From the NCBI GenBank assembly GCA_963662665.2, contig CAXXJS010000010.1:413100-477099 (forward strand): a DNA stretch of 64,000 bases, given 5' to 3'. The notes under the pieces were generated by a model. That model ran no database searches, had not been told where the DNA came from, and saw nothing but the letters and a program-made list of their open reading frames with translations. Origin of the DNA: Candidatus Latescibacterota bacterium. Lineage in GTDB: Bacteria > Latescibacterota > UBA2968 > GCA-2709665. The position numbers and the translations under genes were made by a program. Positions 29,326 through 37,255 of the stretch are shown one piece after another. Within the stretch, counting starts at the first letter, position 1, and each line of letters starts with the position of its first letter.

Positions 29326-29454
29326 TTAGCGGTTGGATTTGAACCCCGTACTGGTAACAACGATCACCGCTGTTTCGCCTCCGGCAAACGCGCCGGCGTT
29401 CGCAAGACGTTCGACCGCCGCCCGGACCATTGCCGAACACGCCTGGGTCGGGCC
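29326..29454 (-). pseudogene. Remnant of the C-terminus of a threonine-synthase-like fold-type-II PLP enzyme
   Basis: Reads GPTQACSAMVRAAVERLANAGAFAGGETAVIVVTSTGFKSNR-stop, with an in-frame TGA immediately upstream. Confidence 0.5.
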
Positions 29455-29617
29455 TCAAACGGTCAATGATTTGAGACCACGAAATTCGTCCTCCGGGCGG
29501 GGTGTGCCGGAAGTAGAGTCGTTTTTCAACAAATGATCCTGCATCGGCATGAAACGGTTGATTCAACTTAAGCGACGTGTGTCCAATTGAACGCGTGCGC
29601 AATCGATACGGGCATCA

Positions 29618-30589
29618 TTACAAGGGTAACGCAATCCCTATTTCCCGCTCCACCGCACGGCGGTAGACCAGAATCGCAGTGGCCATGTCCTCCAGTCCCA
29701 GGCCCAGATTGATCGCAATCGTGCGTTCGCTGTCCGACTCCCGCCCGGGTTTCAGCCCTGCCGCGATTTCACCCAGGTCTGCATACGGCTCGGGAGTCCC
29801 GGCGAAATAGCCGGTCTGGCGGTAATAATCCAACTGATCGGAATCGTCGCTTACCAGTTTGTCCGCTTCGCGGAACGCATCGGCCCGAAAGTAGGAATCG
29901 AAGTCCAGCGGACAGGCGAAAGTCCCCTCGGACAACCAGCCGCTGCCCACCACCGGATCGGGACGCTTCCGAACCGGGCCGCTGGTAACCACGATGTCCA
30001 GCCCCTTGATAGCATCGGAGACGTTACGAACCGGCTCGATCCGAACTCCCATCCGGGGCCCCATTTCCGCGGCGAATCGATCAGCGAGATCCGGATAAAG
30101 ATCGAAGGCCTTGACTTCCTGAATATCGAAAACACACGACAGCGCTTCGAGATTGCCGCGACCCTGGACGCCACAGGCGACAATGCCAACGGTAGAGCTG
30201 TCGTTGCGTGCCAGATACTTCGCGGCAACCGCCGTTGCCGCTCCCGTTCGCATCGCCGTAATCCATGTGCAATCCATAACGCAAATGGGAACGCCGGTTT
30301 CAGGATCGTTCAGAATCAGCAATCCACTAATGTACGGCAACCCCTTCTTCTGATTTTCCGGATACCCGGATACCCATTTCATTCCTGCAGATTCAAGGCT
30401 CGGAATATACGCAGGCATCGCATGAATAAAAGCATCCGGCTGCGTATGGATACCCGGTTTGGGCGGCATTTCAACTCTACCTTCACCTTTTTCCACAAAC
30501 ATCCGGTCCAGGCCGTCGATAATCTCCGCCATCGACAGGTTCACCGCTTCCACGTCACTTTTCGAGAGATATAATACTGAATCCGGCAT
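29618..30589 (-). CDS. Ornithine cyclodeaminase/mu-crystallin family imine reductase
   Basis: MPPKP, HAMPA, KWVSGYP, TAMRTGA, ACGVQG, GLGLED. Confidence 0.9.
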   Translation of the reverse strand: MPDSVLYLSKSDVEAVNLSMAEIIDGLDRMFVEKGEGRVEMPPKPGIHTQPDAFIHAMPAYIPSLESAGMKWVSGYPENQKKGLPYISGLLILNDPETGVPICVMDCTWITAMRTGAATAVAAKYLARNDSSTVGIVACGVQGRGNLEALSCVFDIQEVKAFDLYPDLADRFAAEMGPRMGVRIEPVRNVSDAIKGLDIVVTSGPVRKRPDPVVGSGWLSEGTFACPLDFDSYFRADAFREADKLVSDDSDQLDYYRQTGYFAGTPEPYADLGEIAAGLKPGRESDSERTIAINLGLGLEDMATAILVYRRAVEREIGIALPL

Positions 30590-30738
30590 TGGCTGCTCCC
30601 GTGGGAAACTTGATCTCAGATCCGATGTTCGTTATCTTCTATCCATCGCCTCGGTTTCAACCGGCGGTGACGCTTTCTGCGTTTTCTCGGTTATCAGGCT
30701 GGAAAACGAGGACCCCGTCCACGATCGAAAGAAGCGAC

Positions 30739-31521
30739 ATGGAATCCATCACGGACGAACAGTGGGAACAATTCGAAAGTAACGGTTATCTCCGCCTCGG
30801 CAGGATCGCTGACTCGGTGGAAGCGCTAAGTCGTCGGATTGACGACATTATGCTGGGTACGGCTCCGCTGGATTACAGTTGCATGCTGATGCAACTGGAC
30901 GTTGTTGACGGCCGGAAGGGACCGGGACCCCAGACCAGGGGTCACAAGGGGGCCACGTTGAACTACCGGAAAATTCAGGAACTGGAGTTCGACGACCTCT
31001 TTCTAGCCTATATGCAGAAACCGCTATTTCGCAGCATCTGCGCCCGGGCCTACGGGCCGGAAGCGCCTGTAGCGTGCTTCCGTGCAATGTTTATGAACAA
31101 ACCCGCCGGAAAAGGCCACGACCTTACCTGGCACCAGGACCACTGGACCGACCTCGACCGGGATCCGCTCGTTACCGTCTGGACGGCTTTGGATCCTGCC
31201 ACCATAGAAAACGGCTGCGTCAAAATCATACCCGGTTCACACAAATGGGGTCTGGTCAACCCCGAAAATGCGAGCGGATTTCTCAGTTCTGAGCAGATCG
31301 ACGAACGGACGCGAATGGCAGAGCAGGTCTACCTCGAACTCAACGCGGGTGAAGTCGTACTCTTGCACAACTGGATGTTGCACAGTTCCGGCACAAATCA
31401 TACCAACGTTCCCCGAAGGGCGTTCAGCACCTGTTATATGCACGCGGCAACAAAATCAGCACGCGGCCACACATTTTCTGTGATTTTCGGAGAAGATGCA
31501 TTATCGCCGAAACCCCTGTGA
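30739..31521 (+). CDS. Phytanoyl-CoA dioxygenase (PhyH) family Fe/2OG enzyme
   Basis: WHQD, WTALD, ENGCVKIIPGSH, LHSS, RRAF. Confidence 0.88.
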   Translation: MESITDEQWEQFESNGYLRLGRIADSVEALSRRIDDIMLGTAPLDYSCMLMQLDVVDGRKGPGPQTRGHKGATLNYRKIQELEFDDLFLAYMQKPLFRSICARAYGPEAPVACFRAMFMNKPAGKGHDLTWHQDHWTDLDRDPLVTVWTALDPATIENGCVKIIPGSHKWGLVNPENASGFLSSEQIDERTRMAEQVYLELNAGEVVLLHNWMLHSSGTNHTNVPRRAFSTCYMHAATKSARGHTFSVIFGEDALSPKPL

Positions 31522-31564
31522 GGTCTAACAAGGGTGGATCGTGCGCTTGCCCGGGGTCCCGTCG

Positions 31565-32686
31565 TTACACCCAGTTCCTCGAATCGGGCACATCCAGCCA
31601 TGCGCCGTCGTTCACGATGGATGCCTGGCTGATCAGACCGGGCAGTGTCATGTCCATCGCCTCGTGTATCCCAATCGGGCAGGGTGCCGCTTCAGCGATG
31701 GCGTTCACAAAATCAAGAATCTCGAAATAATCCCCCCCGCCGTGGCCCGCTTTCAGTGCATCTTCGGAAGGATTTCGCCACATTTCCGGCATATATTCTT
31801 CTTCCAGTTCCGACAGATCCATCCAGGAATTGCCGTCCTCGCACAAGTCCGCCAGCCAGATCCGGTGCGCCTCACCTCTCGCACGCGCGGACTCATAACA
31901 CCCGGTGGTGCCCTGAAGGGAATAGTTCGCCATTGAATGGGGTCGCTCCGACAGCATATCGACCCGAATCTTGATCAATCCGCCCCGATCGGTCTTGCAA
32001 AGCATCACGCAGGAATCCTGGTTCTCATATCGGTTTCCTCTGGGATCTTCGTAATGATGTCCGCTTCCCTCACAGCAGACCCGCGCCACGCGGTCCCCGG
32101 CCATCCACTGTAGAATCGGCCCAAGGCTGTGCGTGCCATAGGTTACGCCGTCGATCCCGGTCTGCCATTTTCGCCGCCACGTGGTTATCTCGTTCAACCC
32201 CTTCAGCTCGTGGACGTACTCACCCTCCGCGTAATAGACCTCCCCGAACAGACCGCGCCGCGCGAGCTCTTTCACCAGAACATTCGGCTTCATATAGGTG
32301 AAATTTTCGGCCATCATGTATATCGCCCGTGTGGAAGTGGCGGCGGCGACGAGTCGTTTGCACTCGTCGACTGAAACCGCGGCCGTCACTTCGCTGAGCA
32401 CATGCACGCCCAGCTCCAGGGCCGCTATCGCCTGAGGCGCGTGAAACTGCATCGGCGTTCCGATAACCACGGCATCCAGGTCGGATTTCTCCAGCATTTC
32501 CTCATAATCCGTGTAGGTCTCCGAGGCGCCCAGCTTTTCGGCCGCCGCGTCCAGCATCTCCTCCCGGATATCGCAGACGGCGTGCAGACGGGCGACGGGA
32601 TGGGCGTCAAAAGCCGCCCGAAAACTCCCGCCTCTTCCCGCGGCGCCGGCAACGCCGATATTCAATCTCTCCAGGACAGCCATCAC
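31565..32686 (-). CDS. Gfo/Idh/MocA family oxidoreductase
   Basis: GTPMQFH, HVLSEV, MMAENF, YAEGEYVH, GHGGGDY. Confidence 0.88.
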   Translation of the reverse strand: MMAVLERLNIGVAGAAGRGGSFRAAFDAHPVARLHAVCDIREEMLDAAAEKLGASETYTDYEEMLEKSDLDAVVIGTPMQFHAPQAIAALELGVHVLSEVTAAVSVDECKRLVAAATSTRAIYMMAENFTYMKPNVLVKELARRGLFGEVYYAEGEYVHELKGLNEITTWRRKWQTGIDGVTYGTHSLGPILQWMAGDRVARVCCEGSGHHYEDPRGNRYENQDSCVMLCKTDRGGLIKIRVDMLSERPHSMANYSLQGTTGCYESARARGEAHRIWLADLCEDGNSWMDLSELEEEYMPEMWRNPSEDALKAGHGGGDYFEILDFVNAIAEAAPCPIGIHEAMDMTLPGLISQASIVNDGAWLDVPDSRNWV

Positions 32687-32859
32687 GTCGTTCCCTGTTC
32701 GGTTGGAATACGAATGTCTTATTGATGTCGTCGACCTGCCGGACGGTACGGCGCCGCCACCGAACGGTCGTACGTCCTATTGAGATGCCGCCGCCGTCGT
32801 TGCATCATGTACCACCTGCAAAACCGCGTATCGGGTCAGTCGCGCGCCGGTCTTCCGGA

Positions 32860-33627
32860 CTATCGTCCGGCGTCCTGAACCTGAAAGCCATCTGATCTGA
32901 ATACTTCGGAAGCTGGCGTCGACTTCAGGAAATCCATAAATCGCCGTGTATTCGCGCCATCCCGTCCATGCACGATCGCAGCCGAATAAACAATCGCGTC
33001 ATGCGAACCGGCCGGAAACACCGCGAGCGCATCCACACGGTCGCTGGAGGCCGCGTCGGTCGCGTAAACAACGCCCGCCGCGCAGGCGCCCCGTTCCACA
33101 AATGCAAGCGTGGACCGGGCATCCTGCCCGATGGCCAGGCGTCCACTCAGATCCTCCCACCATCCCAGGCGGACGAGCGCCTGCTTCGCGTATATCCCTG
33201 CGGGAACCAGGTCCGGGTCCGCTAGAGCCAGCGGTCCATCGAAGGCCGCGGCAAAATCAAATCCCTTCTCGCAAACAACGTTAAACCCTTCTCCCCGGGG
33301 AGCTGCCACGACCAGCGTGTTACCAAGCAGGTCAACCCGGCTGTACGGGTGAATCTGCCCTCGGGAGTCCAGGTAGTCCATCCATACGGGGTTCGCGGAG
33401 AAGTAAACCTCGGCCGGCGCACCCCGTTCGATCTGCCTGGCAAGGGTCGAAGACGCTGCGAACGAAAACCGGATCTCGACATTGTGCTCCTTCTCGAATA
33501 TTCTTTCAATCTGCTTCATTGAACCGACAAGGCTGACCGCGGCATACACCCTGACGGGCTCAGCCTGAAGCCGGGTATTCAACCAGCCGAATATGACAAG
33601 ACACCATGCCAAACGGAATACCGTCAT
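32860..33627 (-). CDS. modA: Molybdate ABC transporter periplasmic binding protein
   Basis: Signal peptide, AAVSL, FAASSTLARQIERGAP, SAN, VPAGIYA, VYATDA. Confidence 0.88.
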   Translation of the reverse strand: MTVFRLAWCLVIFGWLNTRLQAEPVRVYAAVSLVGSMKQIERIFEKEHNVEIRFSFAASSTLARQIERGAPAEVYFSANPVWMDYLDSRGQIHPYSRVDLLGNTLVVAAPRGEGFNVVCEKGFDFAAAFDGPLALADPDLVPAGIYAKQALVRLGWWEDLSGRLAIGQDARSTLAFVERGACAAGVVYATDAASSDRVDALAVFPAGSHDAIVYSAAIVHGRDGANTRRFMDFLKSTPASEVFRSDGFQVQDAGR

Positions 33628-33792
33628 TTTCCATCTCAGGTACAGCCAGATTTTTCGCTTCGTCGACTACGTCTTATTTAACAAAAAACACCTCTCTTGC
33701 AAACCACTTTTTCAATCCCGATTCGCCTGGAACGGCGCGCTGGAATTGGCCTGGAACCTATCCTTCGAGACGAGAGGCACCGCCCGACCCAC

Positions 33793-33824
33793 TTGATAGT
33801 ATACATGATTTCATGTATACTATC
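33793..33824 (+). promoter_or_regulatory. Sigma70 promoter overlapped by a perfect palindromic operator
   Basis: TTGATA(33793)-N17-TATACT(33816); palindrome GATAGTATACATGA-tt-TCATGTATACTATC at 33795-33824. Confidence 0.75.
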
Positions 33825-33857
33825 GCCGACTCAATATCACGGAAGGATACCAGGGAA

Positions 33858-35339
33858 ATGACGTCTGGAGTCCACCCGGGTCCGAACCCCGATGTGCTGG
33901 AAGCCCAATCCCGCGTCTGCACCGGACCCCATCAATCACGTCCGCTGGGTCTGAAGCCTTCGGACCCGCAGCCCGGCCGAATTCTGGATCTGATTCTCGG
34001 TTCGGCCAGGGGAGAAGTGACCGATACGCTGCGGGTATCGTCCGTTCAAATGGGCGCATTTTTTGTGGCCATGGCCCTGCGGCGCCGCTATCCTCCCGAA
34101 ACCGCGTGGAGTCTCGCGGAAACCGAAGCATTCGAAAGATATCGTTCGGCGCTCCTTATAGACCTGCCGTCCGAAATCCAGTTTCTGATGGACACACGCA
34201 GAAAACCACAGGCGCAAAACGAACAGGAAGCCTTTCTCATTTCCGCGCTCGGCGACATTCTCGCCGGGGAGCATCTCAGCTATCGCAAGACCCGGCGGTT
34301 GTGCGACGCCATCCTGAACGGACGGGTACGGGGCGCGCTCAAGGGCGCGGCACTCATCGGTCAGCGGATGAATCGCGAAACCTACGACGAGGCGCGTGGT
34401 TACCTGGACGCCGCATTTGACCCGTCCGGCGTCGTGGAACTGAACGTAGACTCGCTCACCCATTTCGGTGAACCGTACGACGGATCGAGCAGATATTTCC
34501 GTCCGACCCTTTTCGTCGCGGCGGTCAGGGCGGCTTCAGAACGCCCCACGGTTCTGCACGGCGTGGACGCAATGCCACCGAAATGGGGGGTCACCGACGA
34601 ACAGATCCTGAAGGCACTGGGGGCAAACGTAGACCTCACACTGAAACAGGCAGGAGTTCTGATTGAAAACCCGCGTGTGGGTTTTGCCTACGCCAGCCAG
34701 CGCATCTTCTCTCCAGCCGCCTACGCTGCGAGGGAACTCCGGGTGCATATCAGGAAACGGCCCCCCTGGGCGGCTACGGAGAAAGCCATGCAACTTTTCA
34801 CGTGTCCCGGCGAGAACCACATGGTGGTCGGCTACTACCACCCTGGTTACGAGGGCATGTTTCTTCAACTGGCAAGGGACCGCGGTTTCAACTCCGGCCT
34901 CGTCGTGAAGGGCATCGAAGGCGCCGGTTCCTTCGGCCTCCGGCTGGGCAAACCCTCCGAAAACGAACGAAAGGCCATCAACAACGTTAAGGGATTCAGA
35001 ACCGGAGCAGGGCGAACAAACGGTTTCGATCGCGACATTGACCCGGCTGCCGAGGGGTTCAATTACAACAGTCATCCGCGACCCGAGACCGTATGCGCTG
35101 AAGCCTTTGCGAATGCGGGCTGCGCCGCACTTTCCGGACAACGAGGCTGGGTCTACGACCAGATCGTGCTCAACGCCGCGATAAAAGACCATCTGCTCGG
35201 ATTCGACGGCGACGCAACCACAGCAATCCTACGCGCACGGGACGCAATTGACGGCGGTCGTGCCCTCGCGCATTTAAAAGCTTATGTCGAAATATCCAAC
35301 GAAGTCGCACGGGAAGCGGCTTGCGATCATCGGCGGTGA
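33858..35339 (+). CDS. Anthranilate phosphoribosyltransferase-like (TrpD2/YbiB-type) protein
   Basis: QMGAFF, LIGQRM, HFGEPYDG, LHGVDAMPPKWG, RKRPPWAATEK, VKGIEG; no canonical GTGGD loop. Confidence 0.72.
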   Translation: MTSGVHPGPNPDVLEAQSRVCTGPHQSRPLGLKPSDPQPGRILDLILGSARGEVTDTLRVSSVQMGAFFVAMALRRRYPPETAWSLAETEAFERYRSALLIDLPSEIQFLMDTRRKPQAQNEQEAFLISALGDILAGEHLSYRKTRRLCDAILNGRVRGALKGAALIGQRMNRETYDEARGYLDAAFDPSGVVELNVDSLTHFGEPYDGSSRYFRPTLFVAAVRAASERPTVLHGVDAMPPKWGVTDEQILKALGANVDLTLKQAGVLIENPRVGFAYASQRIFSPAAYAARELRVHIRKRPPWAATEKAMQLFTCPGENHMVVGYYHPGYEGMFLQLARDRGFNSGLVVKGIEGAGSFGLRLGKPSENERKAINNVKGFRTGAGRTNGFDRDIDPAAEGFNYNSHPRPETVCAEAFANAGCAALSGQRGWVYDQIVLNAAIKDHLLGFDGDATTAILRARDAIDGGRALAHLKAYVEISNEVAREAACDHRR

Positions 35340-35594
35340 TGCCTGCGATGGCGATGGTAGCCGGCTTGCGGGCAGTGAACTGGATATTCCGGTCCCGTTG
35401 ACCGGGCGGACCTCGAAGCCCAGGCTGCGGATTCCTTCAATTGTCCCGTCGCCAACGGTGAGGCGGCAACAATCCGCCGGTCAAATTGCAGCCTGCGCCG
35501 CCTCCGCCGCAAGGCTGCAGACGTCATATGACTTCAGCCGGTCAGACCGTTCGCGGACGGGCGGGACCGAATCGAATCGAAGGGAACTCCTGTT

Positions 35595-37130
35595 ATGGAT
35601 TCGGATGTCATCGTCGTAGGCGCGGGCCACAACGGCCTTACGGCCGCTGCCTATCTCGCAAGAGCAGGGCTCAAGGTCAGCATGTTTGAACGCCGGTCCT
35701 TTGTCGGCGGTGCATCCGTCACCGAAGAACTCTGGCCCGGGTTCCATTTCTCTACCTGCGCCCACATGATCCACGGCCTGCCCCCGAGAATCATACGGGA
35801 TCTCGAACTTTACGAACGCGGGATGAAAATGCTGCCGCGCGAGGGGTACATCCGCCTTCGGCCCGACGGAACCTATCATGGGCCGGCGGATCACGACTCT
35901 CCCGGAAACCGCACCCGAAGGGGCCGCCTTACGGCCGCCGAACGCGAGGATTCGCGACGCTACGGTGAGTTCAAACGGATTCTCTCCGACGTAGTCACTC
36001 CCTACCGGTTCCAGGCGCCGCCTCCCCTGGAACAAGTACGTTCCCGGATCGCCGGCACGCCGTCTGCAGGCGTACTCGACAGAGCCGTTTCCACTCGAAT
36101 CCTGGAACTTCAAAACGAATTCCTGTCTACCGACCACCTGAAGGACCTCCACGCTTCGGAGGGCGCCTCCGTCGGCCGGAATCCCCTGGGTTTGCACTTC
36201 GCCTATGGTTCAATCAACCGTCCGGACACCGGAACCGGAGAAGCCCATCCTTATGGATACGTTGAAGGCGGAATGGGCGCCGTGAGCGATGCAATCGCCG
36301 CCGCCGCGCGAGAGGCCGGCGCGGCCGTACACCTCGAGGCGGGTGTCGATGGTTTTCTCGTGGAAAACAACGCCGTCATTGGTGTCCGCCTGGAAAACGG
36401 GGAGGAAGTTCGCGGCCGTATCACCGTCTCCAATCTGGATCCCAAGTACACGTTCCTCAGACTCATGCCGCCCGGATGGCTCGACCCCCGGTTGCGCAAG
36501 CGTCTGGAAGGCCTTATTACCCACGTAAGCTGTTACAAACTTCTCGCCGTCATCGGCGAAGCGCCTCAGTGGAAGTATTGGGACGGGGACCCGGAACAAC
36601 CCTACCGCGGCGCGATAACCCTTAACGCCTCGAGGGCGGAAATCGACGCGGCCTATGACGAGCTGGAAGCGGGCCTTCCCGTGCGCAGACCCGTTATCAG
36701 TTTTTCAATGCCTTCGTTCGCAGACCCCACCCTTACCCAACCGGGCTATCACACCGCATCCGTGTGGATCTATCCGGCGCCCGCGGGCCTGCGCTCCGGC
36801 ACCTGGGACGACGTGCGGGAGGAGGTCGCCGAAGGCATCATCGACCAGATCACCGAGTTTGCGCCCAACTTCAGATCCTCCATCCGAAACTATATCTTCC
36901 GAACGCCATGGGACATCGAACGGGAGAACGGCCTGACTGACGGGTGTATCTGGCATGTACAACACGCAGGCGAACATCTCTTCTGGAACCGGCCCCTTCC
37001 GGAACTCTCGCAATACCGCGCCCCGCAGAAAGGGCTGTACCTGTGCGGCGCGGGGCAGCATCCCGGCGGTGAAGTGAGCGGTATTCCAGGCCACAATGCC
37101 GCACAGGAAATCCTCAAGGACCTGGCCTGA
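35595..37130 (+). CDS. FAD-dependent oxidoreductase, phytoene dehydrogenase-like (PYROXD2-type)
   Basis: GAGHNGL, VGGASVTEE, GGMGAV, LYLCGAGQHPGGEVSGIPGHNAA. Confidence 0.88.
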   Translation: MDSDVIVVGAGHNGLTAAAYLARAGLKVSMFERRSFVGGASVTEELWPGFHFSTCAHMIHGLPPRIIRDLELYERGMKMLPREGYIRLRPDGTYHGPADHDSPGNRTRRGRLTAAEREDSRRYGEFKRILSDVVTPYRFQAPPPLEQVRSRIAGTPSAGVLDRAVSTRILELQNEFLSTDHLKDLHASEGASVGRNPLGLHFAYGSINRPDTGTGEAHPYGYVEGGMGAVSDAIAAAAREAGAAVHLEAGVDGFLVENNAVIGVRLENGEEVRGRITVSNLDPKYTFLRLMPPGWLDPRLRKRLEGLITHVSCYKLLAVIGEAPQWKYWDGDPEQPYRGAITLNASRAEIDAAYDELEAGLPVRRPVISFSMPSFADPTLTQPGYHTASVWIYPAPAGLRSGTWDDVREEVAEGIIDQITEFAPNFRSSIRNYIFRTPWDIERENGLTDGCIWHVQHAGEHLFWNRPLPELSQYRAPQKGLYLCGAGQHPGGEVSGIPGHNAAQEILKDLA

Positions 37131-37255
37131 TGTTCGGATCAGCCGGACCTGAGCGTCGCCCACTGGCCCCGTTCACTCCCGCAGGGAGAGGGACCCGCGC
37201 CATGCCGCCGCCTGAGCGCTTTCTCAAGTAACTCCCTCAAGTCCCGTCTTTCAGG

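Noticed and set aside
33628-33790. Moco riboswitch or ModE box upstream of modA; three CTGGAA direct repeats
   Set aside because: No match to the consensus patterns I know; the repeats are short and irregularly spaced.
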